Source: Gekko japonicus | Lineage: Eukaryota | Assembly (NCBI RefSeq): GCF_001447785.1 | Contig: NW_015160269.1 | Coordinates: forward strand, 62,001 to 126,000 | Direction of reading: 5' to 3' | DNA: 64,000 bases | Shown: positions 38,598 through 51,746 of the stretch, piece by piece | How positions within the stretch are numbered: the first letter of the stretch is position 1 | Layout of the letters: the number at the start of each line of letters is the position of its first letter | Position numbers and translations under genes: made by a program | Notes under the pieces: model-generated | Seen by the model: the letters and a program-made list of their open reading frames with translations, nothing else | Database searches by the model: none | What the model was told of the DNA's origin: nothing

Positions 38598-39298
38598 GTA
38601 TCATAATGCCCCTATATAAATGAATGGTGCGACCCCATTGGAATACTGTGTGCAGTTCTGGTCACCACACCTTAAAAAGGATATTATAGCTTTGGAAAAA
38701 GTGCAGAAAAGGGCAACTCGAATGATAAAAGGGTTGGAACACTTTCCCTATGAGGAAAGGTTAAAGCGCTTAGGGCTCTTTAGCTTGGAGAAAAGACGAC
38801 TGAGGGGTGACATGATCGAGGTTTATAAGATTATGCATGGGAAAGAGCAGGTAAAGAAAGAGGTACTTTTCTCCCTTTCTCACAATACAAGAACCCGTGG
38901 GCACTCCATGAAATTGCTGAGCGGTCGGGTTAGAACGGATAAAAGGAAGTACTTCTTCACCCAAAGAGTGATTAACACATGGAATTCACTGCCACAGGAA
39001 GTGGTGGGTGCTACAAGCATGGACAGCTTCAAAAGGGAATTAGATAAGCATATGGAGCAGAGGTCCATCAGTGGCTATTAGCCACAAGGTATAGCTAGGG
39101 GCTCTGGGGCAAGTGATGCTCTGTCTTCTTGGTGCTTGGGGGGGGGGTCAACAGTGGGAGGGCTTCTAATGTCCTGGCCCCACTGCTGGACCTCCTGATG
39201 GCACTGGTATTTCTGGCCACTGTGTGACACAGAGTGTTGGACTGGATGGGCCTTTGGCCTGATCCAACATTGGCGTCTCTTATGTTCTTATGTTCTTA
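38598..39298 (+). mobile_element. 5'-truncated CR1 LINE
   Basis: ORF2 C-terminus LEYCVQFWSPHLKKD..LEKVQKRATRMI..YEERLKRLGLFSLEKRRLRGD..WNSLP. The 3' UTR ends in (TTATGTTC)n. Confidence 0.95.
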
Positions 39299-40256
39299 AA
39301 CCACTAGGCCATTCAGGTGAGACAGAGGCTGGGGAGCTCAATTAGATTACCATTAATTAGATTAGTGAGCTACATAAATGTAATCTAATTAAGAGCTTCA
39401 TCCTCGCTTCCCCAACAAAACTACCATCTGAAACTACCAATGGAACTGCTATAGGTACACTTTATTAAATGCTTGGGGTCCCCAGTTGCCACTCCAAATT
39501 GAGAAACCTATCCTTCAACCCATGAGCTAAGTGTATTGTTGCATCTTGGGAAATGTACTGTTATCATGGCCTTCACAGTCATTGGGCTTGCAGTGGGAGC
39601 CCAGCAACAACAAAATAGTTCCGGCTTGGAACAGAGTGATTCTTGAATTTTTGTTATCTTGGCAGTTTGTATGGTTACTATGGAAATGAGAGGGCATCCT
39701 GAAGTATGCTTGCTGGTTATGGTATTTCTGTCAAGGAGAGTTTAGATTGTGAAGGGCTTGGATGTTTGGGGGAGTAGTTTTATTAATATTTACTGAGCGG
39801 GGGCAAGAGAGGAGTTTGGAGTGTGTTGGCATTGAAATGATGTAAAAAGAAGTGAAAGATTGTCTGCTACTGAGGCGAGGTGCTTTAAGGGTGATGGTCA
39901 CAGGGCAGAGTAAGAGTTAGCATGCCAGGCATGGATAGGGGAAGCTTGGGGATGGGGGCTGCCCAGCAAGCCATGGGCTGACTCCAGCGAGGACACACAG
40001 CCATCAGGGAAAAGTGCACCTTGGGGCGGGTGGGGGATGCTGCCATCAGGGAGGAGGGCTGTGGGCAGAGGCCTGAGCATGCCCCTGCCACCCACCCCCA
40101 CCGCACTCCTGCAGCAGCCAGCTGGGAAGTATGCAGCATGTGAAGGCCCCATGAATCCCAACAAACCCAGCTGGAGGTGGAGAGGCAAGGGCGGCAGTGC
40201 TGGCAGAGATGTGGCAGGGCTGAGAGGTAGGGGAAGCCTGGGCCTCTTTTCTACAG

Positions 40257-40356
40257 TTGAAACCCATAGATCTCAATTGGTTGGAATATGTTAATTGGAA
40301 GTTAGTACTAGGTGCTTCCTCCTCTGCACAGCTGTGTGTCATCTTAAAATTACAAG
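40257..40356 (+). CDS. Candidate exon 7 (LKPIDLNWLEYVNWKLVLGASSSAQLCVILKLQ); in-frame alternative start at 40332
   Basis: Acceptor cctcttttctacag|, consensus donor AAG|GTGAGT. 100 nt, phase 0 to 1, open. Confidence 0.5.
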
Positions 40357-40684
40357 GTGAGTTTGCTTCGCTTAGCTGTGTCTCTTCTATCTCTGGGAAC
40401 TCTTTCTAGGCCACATTTTGAGGCCTGAAACAAAGATTTTAAAATGACCAACGTTTTTAGGGTATAAATGAAGTAAATAGAGAATAAATATAGCTGAAGC
40501 TGGGAGGCAGAAGAAAGGTAGGTTGGTGAATGGCTTAGAAGGAGAGAATGAGGCAGGGGAGGATATGGGGATTGCCAAGAGAAGGGAAAGAGGTTAGGAA
40601 ATTTCTAGAAATTTGGGGAGGGGGCTGGGAAGGGTCTGGTTTGAGGAGCGGAGGGACCTCAAAGGAGTATAATGCCATAGTCTC

Positions 40685-40888
40685 CAATGCTCCCTCTAAG
40701 CTGTGGAGTCTTGTGAGCAAAACTTCTAGTTTGTGAACTACTGGCATGAAAGTTGTGAGCAAGTGATTTGGCTACTGCATAAATTAGTTTGCTCTGGAGC
40801 CATCCTTCCTGAGCTAAGACAAAAATGTGTGAGCCGGAGGCTAAAAACTGTAAGCTAGCTCACACTAACTCAGCTAAGAGGGAACACT
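40685..40888. mobile_element. Small TIR element nested in a TAGGGTTGCCA-family MITE
   Basis: TIRs CAATGCTCCCTCTAAGCTG / CAGCTAAGAGGGAACACT interrupt the host motif aatgccatag..ccaccctccaaagc. Confidence 0.65.
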
Positions 40889-43088
40889 CCACCCTCCAAA
40901 GCATCCATTTCCTCCAGGGAAACAAGAGTTGCCAACTGTGATGTGGGGGCTGGAGATCACCTGGAATTACAACTGCTTTCCAGATAACAGATAGCAGTTC
41001 TCCTGAAGAAAATGGCTGCTTTGGAGGATGGACTTTATGGCATTATATACTGCTGAGGTCACTTCCTTCCTCAAACCTTGCCTTCCCAAGGCTCCACCTC
41101 CAAATCTCCAGGGATTTCCCAACCTCAATCTGGCAAACCTGAGGGGAAACTGATCTATGTAGTCGGGAGATCTGTTGTGATTTCAGGAGATCTCCAGCTC
41201 CCACCCGGAGGTTGGCAACCCTAGTAGGAGAGAAGGAAGCAGGAAAAGGAGAGACTATGGGGGCTTTCAAGAAAGGGAAACAGTGGGAGAGGGGGAAGTG
41301 AGATGCCTCCCGCAAGTCCTTGAAGGTTCCCACCTGTATAATATAATATAATAATAATATTGAAAAGTGGCATATAAATGTTTTAAATAAATAAGGAAAT
41401 AATAAACCGAAATAAATACAAATAATTAGCCAAAGAGGTAGATAACATGTTACACACTGGAATTCTGTAACTATCCCACATTTTGGACTGCTCCAGTCCC
41501 AGGACTCTATCTTTCTCCACTCTCCTGTTATGCTAATCCTTTCCCTAAACTCTTCTCTCCCACACAGCCTCCATGTGCCAACCCTCAGAACCTATCTGAC
41601 TCTCCATCAGTCAGATTGTAGCCCATCCCCCAGAACATAACACGTATTGTCTGGTTCAGGGAGCCACTCTTATTGGCTGCTATGTTGCAGGGATACTTTA
41701 CACATATACTTAAGTTTCCCCTGTCAGGGCAGGAAAATGGTGTGGTGGGGAAGGCTTCTGCCTCTGCTCTGCTCAGGCCAACTTGAGCCTGCACATACCT
41801 GGGAATTAATTCTTCAGCCTGGATCTCCCTGATCCTGTCTGTTGACTGGACCTATGGGGGACTTTGTAACATACGAATTCAACCTGATCCTCTCATTAGA
41901 GCCCAACATCAACAACGCATTCCCAGGATATTGATCAAGCCTAAATAATGTATCAGACTTGCCAAGTCTTGCAGAGTCAACAGTGGAGGAGAGGAGAGGA
42001 AGGTCTACAGCTCCAGAAAGGAATGGCCTGGCACAGACTTACCCCATTAGGATCAGACCACTCTTGACCCAGTGGAGCAGGCTACTCATAAGAGTTACCA
42101 AGCACTTTTTCATTGGGCCAAGTAGTGAGAGCCACCCAATCCAGAGAACAGAGTCTCTTTACAAGCACGCACAACCATGTTTAAGTTTACTATTTCTCAA
42201 ATAGGTTGTTTATGTGTGCTTTAATGATGCAAGAGTCAGGACAGAGAAAGTGCACGGGACCTGGTGAAAATGAACAGGACTAAGAGGATGAATGAGTATC
42301 ACCTACTTACTACTGATTGTATTTTGAGTTGACACTTTAGCTCACTTTGCGATGCAATAGTAGCAAAAGAACCTGATTGTTACTAAACATTAGGAAACAC
42401 TTCCATATCTATAACCTTTTTTAGAACACCCAGGAATGGTTCCGTCTTCACATCATGTATCTAACAGCCAGCATGGTATAATGGTTAGAGTGTTGGGCTA
42501 AGATTGGGGATGCACCAGTTCTTAGATTTTTTTTTACAAGGTTGAAGGCTTAAGGAGGTCCTAAGTGCAGGGCTTCAGCATCATCTACCTGTGCCATGTA
42601 ACACAGATGCACATAGAAGCCATCCCATACATGAAGTCTTATGAATCATGTGTAACACATGATTAAGCTTTCAGACCTCTACCTATGTGAATAAGCATTC
42701 TGGACAGATATTCTCTTTGTTTTGTTCTGTGTGTGGATATGCTGGGGGGGGGGGGGGTTATTGTTGCAAGTAGCCAGTAGATGGCATCATCTGCATTATT
42801 ATTGTGCCACAGTCTGACAAATGCAGTTTCTGAAGTTTGTGCAGCCTCCTCTCCTAGCGTGCCAGATATGGACAGTATGCAACGAGGCAAGTGTACAGAA
42901 CTGCATAGGTGAAGAAAATACTGCCAAACATTTTTCTACATATATCACTAAATGTAGGATTACAGATGACAGAGGAAAACATATGGGCTGAAACCTAGCA
43001 AATATTAATATGACTAATGCCCCCTGAAAACAGTAGAAGAAAGCCTTTCATAAATAACTTAAGTCCCATTTATTTCACTTGAGACGAA

Positions 43089-43364
43089 GGGCGATTTCTC
43101 ACTAGAGCTGCCTCGCAGCACAGCGCCGTTTGCCCCAACACAAACATGTCAATTTCACACCTGAGGCTGCATTTGACTCGGGGCTTCGCCCAATTTCCTC
43201 CGCATTTTCATGATCCTCAAAAACCAGGATTACGAAACTGCGGAGGAAATCGGGCGAAGCCCCGAGTCAAAATGCAGCCCCGGAGCTTTGGGTGTGAAAT
43301 TGACATGTTTGTGTCGAGGCAAACGGCGGCTGTGCTGCGAGGCAGCTCTAGTGAGAAATCGCCC
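43089..43364. mobile_element. Foldback PIF/Harbinger-like MITE
   Basis: Nearly the whole element is palindromic: GGGCGATTTCTCACTAGAGCTGCCTCGCAGCACAGC.. / ..GCTGTGCTGCGAGGCAGCTCTAGTGAGAAATCGCCC. Flanks are GAA and TAA. Confidence 0.85.
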
Positions 43365-43879
43365 TAAGTTTTGTCAGATAAGTAATCTACTTTCATGACT
43401 ATGATGTGGAAGTAAGGGTTCCAGATTCAGCAAAATCTCTTTATCAGCTAGAGTTCATATAGTTTCTGCTATAACTTTGGATAAATAATATAATTTCTTT
43501 TAATCTGCAATATCATCCATAATGGGTTTCTAAAAATATTGCAACTGAATGCGCTTTGTCTTCTACCTTTATCATTCTGTCACTTCTCAGTGGAAGTCTG
43601 GTAATTTAAAAAAATTACATCCTCATACCCTTCACCCTACATAAAGGAGTCTATTTATCTCAGCTGGCCAAATCAATCAATGAAAGACCTTAGAGAAAAT
43701 TCTGCTTCACTTGCAATTGTGCGATTGTTGATCATCAAAATACAAAGTAGTAATATTGGCTTACAACAGTATTACAATTAATTAGGTGAGTTTAAGTTCA
43801 ACAATATGGGAAATTTTCTAACTCTTTTAATGGAGCAAGTTATTTTCCAGAAGTATTGGCCCTGATTTGAATACTACTA

Positions 43880-46800
43880 GTGATCCCTCATAGATCACTG
43901 CCTTGACGTGGCAAGGGGGCTTGTGTGGTTCGATGAGGCGGTAGGCTATGCCGTGGAGGGGTACCCAGGACAGACAGGCCACAGCAGAGAACTCCACTGG
44001 ATCCACTGGAGAAGGAAATGGCAACCCGCTCCAGTATCTTTGCCAAGAAAACCCCATGGACAGTAACAAAAGGCTACAAGATATGACGCCAGAAGATGAG
44101 CCCCTCAGGTCGGAAGGTGTCCAATATGCTACTGGGGAAGAGCAGAGGGCAAGTACAAGTAACCCCAGAAAGAGTGAAGCGGCTGGGCCAAAGCAGAAAG
44201 GACGCTCAGCTGTGGATGTGTCTGATGGTGAAAGGAAAGTCCGATGCTGCAAAGAACAATACTGCATAGGAACGTGGAATATAAGATCTATGAATCAAGG
44301 TACACTTGATGTGGTCAAAAATGAGATGGCAAGACTGAACATCAACATCTTGGGAATCAGTGAACTAAACTGGATGGGAATAAGCGAATTTAACTCAGAA
44401 GACCATTCTATCTACTACTGTGGCCAAGAATCCTGTAGAAAAAAATGGTGTGGTCTTTATAGTCAACAAGAGAGTGTGAAAGGCAGTAATGGGATACAGT
44501 CTCAGAAACAACAGAATGATCTCAGTTTGAATCCAAGGCAAACCATTCAACATCACAGTAATTCCAGTCTATGCCCCAACCACTGATGCAGAAGAGGCTG
44601 AAGTGGATCGGTTCTATGAAGACCTACAACACCTCCTAGAATTAACACCAAAAAAAGATCTCCTCCTCATCATAGGGGACTGGAATGCTAAAGTAGGAAG
44701 TCAAAAGGTAACCGGAATAACAGACAAGTTTGGCCTTGGAGAACAAAATGAAGCAGGGCAAAGGCTAACAAAGTTTTGTCAAGAGAACACGCTGGTCATA
44801 GCGAACACCCTCTTCCAACAACCTAAGAGGCGACTCTACACATGGACAACACCGGATGGGCAACACCAAAATCAGATTGATTATATAACTTGCAGTCAAA
44901 GATGGAGAAGCTCTATACAGTCAGTAAAGACAAGACCTGGAGCTGACTATGGCTCAGATCATGAGCTACTCATTGCAAAATTCAGACTTAAACTGAAGAA
45001 ATTTGGGGAAACCAATAGACCATTCAGATTTGACCTAGATCAGATCCCTGATGAATATACAGTGGAGGTGAAGAATAGGTTTAAGGGACTAGATTTGATA
45101 TATAGCGTGCCTGAAGAACTACATTACATTGTAGAGGATGCAGCAATCACCACCATCCCAAAGAAAAATAAATGCAAGAAAGCAAAGTGGCTGTCTGATG
45201 AGGCTTTACAAATAGCAGAAGAAAGAAGGAAAGCAAAAGGCAAAGGTGAAAAGGAAAGATTTACCCAACTGAATGCAGATTTCTAGAGAGAGATAAGGAT
45301 GCAGATTTCTAGAGAGAGATAAGGAGGCTTTCCTGAATGAACAATGCAAAGTAATAGAGGAAAACAATAGAATGGGAAGGACTAGAGCTCTCTTCAAGAA
45401 AATTGGAGAAATCAAGGGATCATTCCATGCAAAGCTGGCCATGATAAAGGACAAAAACGGTAGGGACCTAACAGAAGAAGAAGAGATCAGGAAGAGATGG
45501 CAAGAATACACAGAATAACTATACAAGAAAGACCTCAGTGTCCTTGACAACCACGATGTTTAATCACTGACCTTGAGTCAGACATCCTGGAATTTGAAGT
45601 CAAATGGGCCTTAGAAAGCATTACTAACAACAAAGCTAGTGGAGATGATGGTATCCCAGCTGAGCTATTCAAAGTCTTAAAAGATGATGCTGTTAAAATG
45701 CTGCACTCAATTTGCCAACAAATTTGGAAAACACAACAGTGGCCACAGGATTGGAAAAGATCAGTTCACATTCCAATCCCAAAGAAGGGCAATGCCAAAG
45801 AATGTTCAAACTATCACACAGTTGCACTCATTTCATACACTAGCAAGGTCATGCTCAAGATCCTACAAGCTAGGCTTCAGCAGTACGTGGATAGAGAACT
45901 GCCAGAAGTACAAGCTGGGTTTCGAAGAGGTAGAGGAACCAGAGATCAAATTGCCAACATTCGCTGGATTATAGAGAAGGCAAGAGAGTACCAGAAAAAG
46001 ATCTACTTTTGCTTCATTGACTACGCTAAAGCTTTTGATTGTGTGTGTTATGTATGGAACTGAATGTATTGAGCTTGAGTCTAAGCAAGGTACTGTAAAC
46101 CGACCTATCAGAACAAGGGAAGTTCTGGAGGGAAGCAAACTGATTGGTCTTTATGTACTGAATATGATTGGATGTTGTCTGACTTGTGGGCATGAGTTGC
46201 CAAGCCCAGACTGTTTAAAAAGGAGCCTGTTGTTTGTCTCGTTCTGGTTCTTCTGACTTTGTGTTCAATAAAGCTGTTATCACTGTTCACCTGCTGCCTT
46301 GAGTCTCATATCTAACAGTGTGGATCACAACAAACTATGGCAAGTCCTTAATGAGATGGGAGTACCAGACCACCTCACATGTCTCTTGAGAAACCTGTAT
46401 AAGGGTCAAGAAGCGACAGTTAGAACCAGATATGGAACAACTGATTGGTTTAGCATAGGAAAAGGAGTACGACAAGGATGTACATTGTCACCTTGCTTAT
46501 TTAATTTATATACAGAGTACATCATGCGAAATCCCAGCCTGGATGATTCAGAAGCCGGAATTAAGGTTGCTGGGGAAAAGATCAACAACTTCAGATATGC
46601 AGACAATACCACTCTAATGGCAGAAAGTGAAGAGGACCTCAAGAGCCTCTTGCAGAGGATAAAAGAGGAGAGTGCAAAGGTTGGCTTGAAACTCAACATC
46701 AAAAAAACTAAGATAATGGCATCCGTCCCCATCACGCCTTGGCAAATAGAAGGAGAAGTTGTGGAAGCAGTGACAGACTTCACATTCCTGGGATCCAAGA

Positions 46801-47377
46801 TCACTGCAGACGGTGACTGCAGCCATGAAATTAAAATACGCCTGCTCCTTGGGAGGAAAGCGATGGCAAACCTTGAAAGCCTAATAAAAAGTAGAGACAT
46901 CACCCTGCCAACAAAAGTCCATATGGTCAAAGGATGGTATTCCCAGTAGTACTGTATGGCTGCGAGAGTTGGACTACAAGGAAGGCCGAGCGCCGAAGAA
47001 TAGATTCTTTTGAATTATGGTGTTGGAGAAGACTCTTGAGAGTCCCCTGAACTGCAAGGAGATCAAATCAGTAAAGCCTAAAAGAAATCAACCCTGACTG
47101 TTCCCTGGAAGGCCAGATACTGAAGCAGAAGCTCAAATACTTTGGCCACCAAATGAGAAGGGAGCACTCACTGGAGAAGACCCTGATGCTGGGAAAGATT
47201 GAAAGTCAAAGAAGAAGGGGATGGCAAAGGATGAGATGATTAGACAGTGTTATCGAGGCAACGAACATGAAATTAAGGAAACTCCAGACCATGATGGAAG
47301 ACAGGAGGGCCTGGCGTGGTGTGGTCCATGGGGCCGCGAAGAATCGGACTTGACTGTGCGACTGAACAACAACAAAA
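43880..47377 (+). mobile_element. Near full-length BovB (RTE clade) LINE, frameshifted
   Basis: 5' motif GGAGAAGGAAATGGCAACCCGCTCCAGTAT. Endonuclease: IGTWNIRSMNQG, GDWNAKVG, NQIDY, SDHELL. RT: VRQGCTLSP, FRYADN. Ends GACTGAACAACAAC. A 26-bp tandem duplication lies at 45273-45324. Confidence 0.96.
46046..46317 (+). mobile_element. Gypsy-type solo LTR inserted in the BovB RT domain
   Basis: TGTTA...TAACA termini, AATAAA and a perfect 5-bp TSD GTGTG. Removing it restores KAFDCV-DHNKLW. Confidence 0.93.
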
Positions 47378-50300
47378 GCGACACTTAAGTTCAGTTGTAA
47401 TCAATAGGGCTTAAATTAGTTCTATGGAACATTGTCCCATTGATTTTCAATAGGATTTTACTTCAGTTGGAACAGAACATTCCTTTATTTATTTATTTAT
47501 TTAAATAAGTTAATTGACATCGGAACTAACTGTTGCACAGTATTTTAGGGTTTTATTGTTTTAAATTATCTTTTAATGGTTGTTTTAATGGTATTATATT
47601 GAGAATTGTTGTAAACCACTCTGAATCTACCCGCAGGGAGGGTGGTATATAAATCAAATCAATAAATACATTTATATCCCATCTTCCACCCCAATGGGGA
47701 TGAAAAATGGCTTACAATATCATTCTGGTTCTCTGTGATTTCCTCCTGGTTAAACGCCACCTTACACATGGAAACAGACTTAACGCCCACCATTCTAAAA
47801 GCCTTTTGACTTGTCCCGCTAACAAGTCTCGACGCGAAAGCCTTCGTGACAGTCTGGTGCAATTTACAAGCTGGTCTATAAAGAAAAAAATCCAGGAAGT
47901 GGCAAGGCTTAATGGTGGTCTCCCTTTAAATGAATTGAAAGTTCTTGTTTTTCCTGATGTCCCACAAGAAGCCCTATGCATAAGATATACACTTAAGTCG
48001 GTGACGTCTAAATTAAGAGAGGCTAACATAAGATACAGATGGCTCCCCACAGGGAAGTTACAAGTCTCTTATAAAGGTTCATCCTACCTGGCAGTAAACG
48101 AGGAGTCGGGCTTGGAAATGCTGCGGGCTTTACACATTTCCGATGATAAGAAAAACTACTAAAAGAAAAGGAAACTACAAAACCCAGAAACCCCAGAAAC
48201 TACTAACAAGGTCGCTGCATGCAACACAGCGGAGTAAGAGTGGGAAGACATTGCAGACATCAAGTCAGATGCTTAGTCCAGCACTGCATATGGAAGACTC
48301 TAGTTTTGGCCTCTTGTCGGTCTTAATGCTTGAAAAGCTGTTTTAAATATTTGTTTCTTTTAAAACTTGTTATTGGTTTGTACTTTTTGCAAGGGGGGGG
48401 ACACGATGTTCTTTTGCTCCAGGTTAAGATAGTTGGGTTTCTGGACGCTGCCAGGCTAGTTTGCAGGTTCTGTGAACAGAGGGTGGGCAGTCTTCTTCTT
48501 CCAAAACCATGGGTATAGTAATTCAGCTATTAAAATATTAGGCAAGTTTATAAGAGGGAGTATATAGAATTGGTACAATTTATAGATATAATAGACTAAT
48601 AGATTATAGATTACTGTTGTTGTGTTTTTGTATAGTTTAATTTTTTCTGACTGTTATTTAACCTAGTGATTTTAACTGATATTGCACTGAGGTAACTCAA
48701 CTTAATTATTAACTAAGACCAACTGATTGTTTAAAAAGGGGGTTTTAAGTGATAAATTTATTGATTAATTACATTTTCTGAGTGTTTCACTGTAGAACAA
48801 CCATCTTCTAGTAATAAGACAGTATAATTGGATCTAGGACCTTTACCTTTTTACTGCATCTGGTTAACTTTTAGTGGGAGGGAGATTTATTTTTGTGTAC
48901 AGTTCTTTGGCACACCTCTAATTACAGCAAAGTTTGAATACTTTTGGGTTGTATTGAATTAACTTAATTGTCCAGTAATTTGGTTTCTGCTTCACACTAT
49001 TATTTCTCACAGGGATCTCTGGTTTGTAGTAAGTAAGTAAAAGAAAGTATCTTTTTGGTTAGTTGCTGTGATCTTATCTGTTTATACTTACTAATGACAG
49101 TGGCACATATACACCGCAGTGATGGTACTTAACTTGAAATTCTGTTCGGTGAATATAAGAGGCGTTAACAATCCTATTAAGAGAAAATGTGTTCTACAAC
49201 ATGTTAAGAAGATACATTTTGATATTCTCTTTATGCAGGAAACTCATTCGCGAAATATTGTGGAAGCAATTCTAAAAACTCCATTGTATCCTCTACAATT
49301 CCAAGCAGCAGGTTCTTCTAAAAGTAGAGGAGTAGCTATTCTCATAGCAAGAAACATTGATTTTGTCTTGCAAGATACTAAAATGGATCCTTTGGGATGT
49401 TATATTTTGATTAAAGGTTTACTTGACGGGAAACACATAACACTAGCTTGCTTGTACGCTCCCAACCAAGATCAGATTAATTTCCTGGACAGTGCTTTTT
49501 CTTCTCTCAAGAGATTTCAGGGTGGAGACCTTATTATAGGAGGAGATTTAAAATTCATTTCTAATAATGTATTAGACAGATCCCATTCACACTCTAGAAG
49601 ACCTAGCAAGCAACCTCATGCTACACAATTATCTAAGCTTTTTGTTAAATACCAACTTTGTGATGCATGGCGGCTGCTTCACCCTCAGGATAGAAATTAC
49701 ACCTACTTCTCTGCAAGACACAATGTCTTTACGAGAATTGATTATCTGCTAGTCCCTCATTCCTTATCCCCATACGTAGCTATAGCTTCTATAATGCCTA
49801 GACATCTAACAGACCAAGCGTGGTTAGAAGGTACATTGAGGGTAGATAAGTTAGCAAATAAGCACAACATGTGGTCTATGGATCACAGTATTTTATTGAG
49901 GGAGTCAGCGAGAAAAGCTATAGAAACAGACATCCAGAACGTTTTTAAGGCAAATACTTTGCCAGACATTTCAATCCCAATATTATGGGACTTGATGAAA
50001 GTTGTTTTACGTGGTTCCATGATTGCGATTCCCTCACATCTACGAAAGGAAAAAACCCGTATTAGGTCAGATTTGATGACGCGGATCACAGAACTAGAGG
50101 CGGAGCAAAAATGTATTGGAGGAAAGAAAACATCAAAAACTTTTAGTGGAAAGAAAATCACTTGAGGCCTTGGAAATTACTCAAATACAGAAGAATTTGT
50201 TGTTTCTTAAAGCAGCGACATTGGGTCAAGTCTCCTAAAAATATTCGCTTGTTGACCTGGAGGGTCAACAAAAGACGACAATCCTCCTTTATTGGCTCAA

Positions 50301-50455
50301 TAAAACAATCTAGTGGAGATATCTGTTTTTCTTCCAAACAAATTGCTGATTCGTTTGCTGACTTTTACAATAAGCTTTATAGTTCAGACAATCCTAGTGC
50401 GTTTGAAATTGAATCCTATTTAAATGCTGCGTCCTTTGCTCAACGTCTCACAGAT

Positions 50456-51746
50456 TTTTTTAAATAAACATTTTATTTGAGTTTTTTAACATATGAGAAT
50501 AATGTACATTATTACAATAACATTTAAAACCAGAATTTAAACAAGAACAACTTTAAACAAACATACATCTAACAATGAACTGCTTTGCTAAAGGTAAGAC
50601 TATTAGATTTTTTGTACTCTTCTTGAGCCTAAAGTATCCAGCCACTCTTAATAAAGACAAAATATTGTGAATTACACAATTGTTGAACGTTGTCCAAAAC
50701 ATATTCTGCATTTTCTAAAATTGGTGACCATCTGGAGAAAAATAGTTGGGGATCATAGGAAGCGTCAGAGTTTGCTAACTTATCTGATATTTTATCCATC
50801 AATATCTTCATGAGCCATGTTTTGAGTGATAAGGGGGAAGGATTCTTCCAATTAAGTGCTATCGTTGTCTTTGCTGCAGATAGTAGGAGAGACAGCAATT
50901 CTTTGCGATTTTTGGATATAGGAACTTCGTTCCAATAGTTTAACGATATTATTTCTGGGCTTTCTGGGATTTCGTAACCTGTTAAAATTTTAATTTCACT
51001 AAGAACTTGTTTCCAAAATGATCTTTCTGATTTGCCTTTCCACCAACAGTGTAGATAGGACCCTGTGGAGCCACAATTTTTCCAGCACATAGGTGATAAT
51101 TTTGGATTCATCAGATGTAATTTCAATGGTGTTAGTTACCATCTTGTTAATAGTTTGAAATGTTGTTGTTTTATATTAATAGACTTCGAGGTGGAGGCAT
51201 ATTGCCTCCCATTTGGATGCGGGAATGTCAATGGCGAGGTCAATGGACCAGGAAGATACATAGGATGGTAAATTGGAAGGGTCAGGTTCTAATAGAGATT
51301 TATATATTTTGGAAAGCATCCCTTTACTTGCATCATTTGAGGATAAAAGAAGTTTTTCAAATTCTGTTTGAGGTCTTTTGGAGCTGCGGTGGCTCAAGTG
51401 GTTAAGACGCTGAACTGCAGGCTGTGGAAGGTCAGTAGTTCAGCAGTTTGAGACCCGAGTGTGCCGCATGACGGGGGGAGCTCCCGTCTCTAGTTCCAGC
51501 TCCTGCCAACCTAGCAGTTCGAAAGCCAGAAATTGCAAGTAGATAAATGGGTACCACTTCGGTGGGAAGGTAACAGCGTTCCGTGCACCTTGGTGTTTAG
51601 TCATGCCAGCCACATGACCACAGAAATATCTTCGGACAGCGCTGGCTCTTCAGCTTTGAAACGGAGATGAGCACCACAACCCTAGAGTCGGATTCGACTG
51701 GCTTTCAAGCAAGGGAACCTTTACCTTTTTACCTTGAGGTCTTTTT
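50456..51746 (-). mobile_element. 5'-truncated L1 fragment, antisense, replacing part of the host ORF2
   Basis: ORFs 51176..51397 and 50629..51126 encode an L1 ORF2 C-terminus (CWKNCGSTGSYLHCWW, AAKTTIALNWK). AATAAA and an A-tail lie at ~50456-50480. No TSD. Confidence 0.88.
51380..51733 (+). mobile_element. Full-length Sauria SINE nested in the antisense L1 fragment
   Basis: Same family as 27473-27826. ACCTTT tail and a perfect 12-bp TSD TTGAGGTCTTTT (51368-51379, 51734-51745). Confidence 0.93.

Noticed and set aside
41558-41600. Alternative terminal exon (ASMCQPSEPI*) after a strong acceptor; other isolated acceptors at 32421, 36888 and 37529
   Set aside because: They give only short peptides or lack a matching donor and poly(A) support. 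They cannot be excluded without RNA data.
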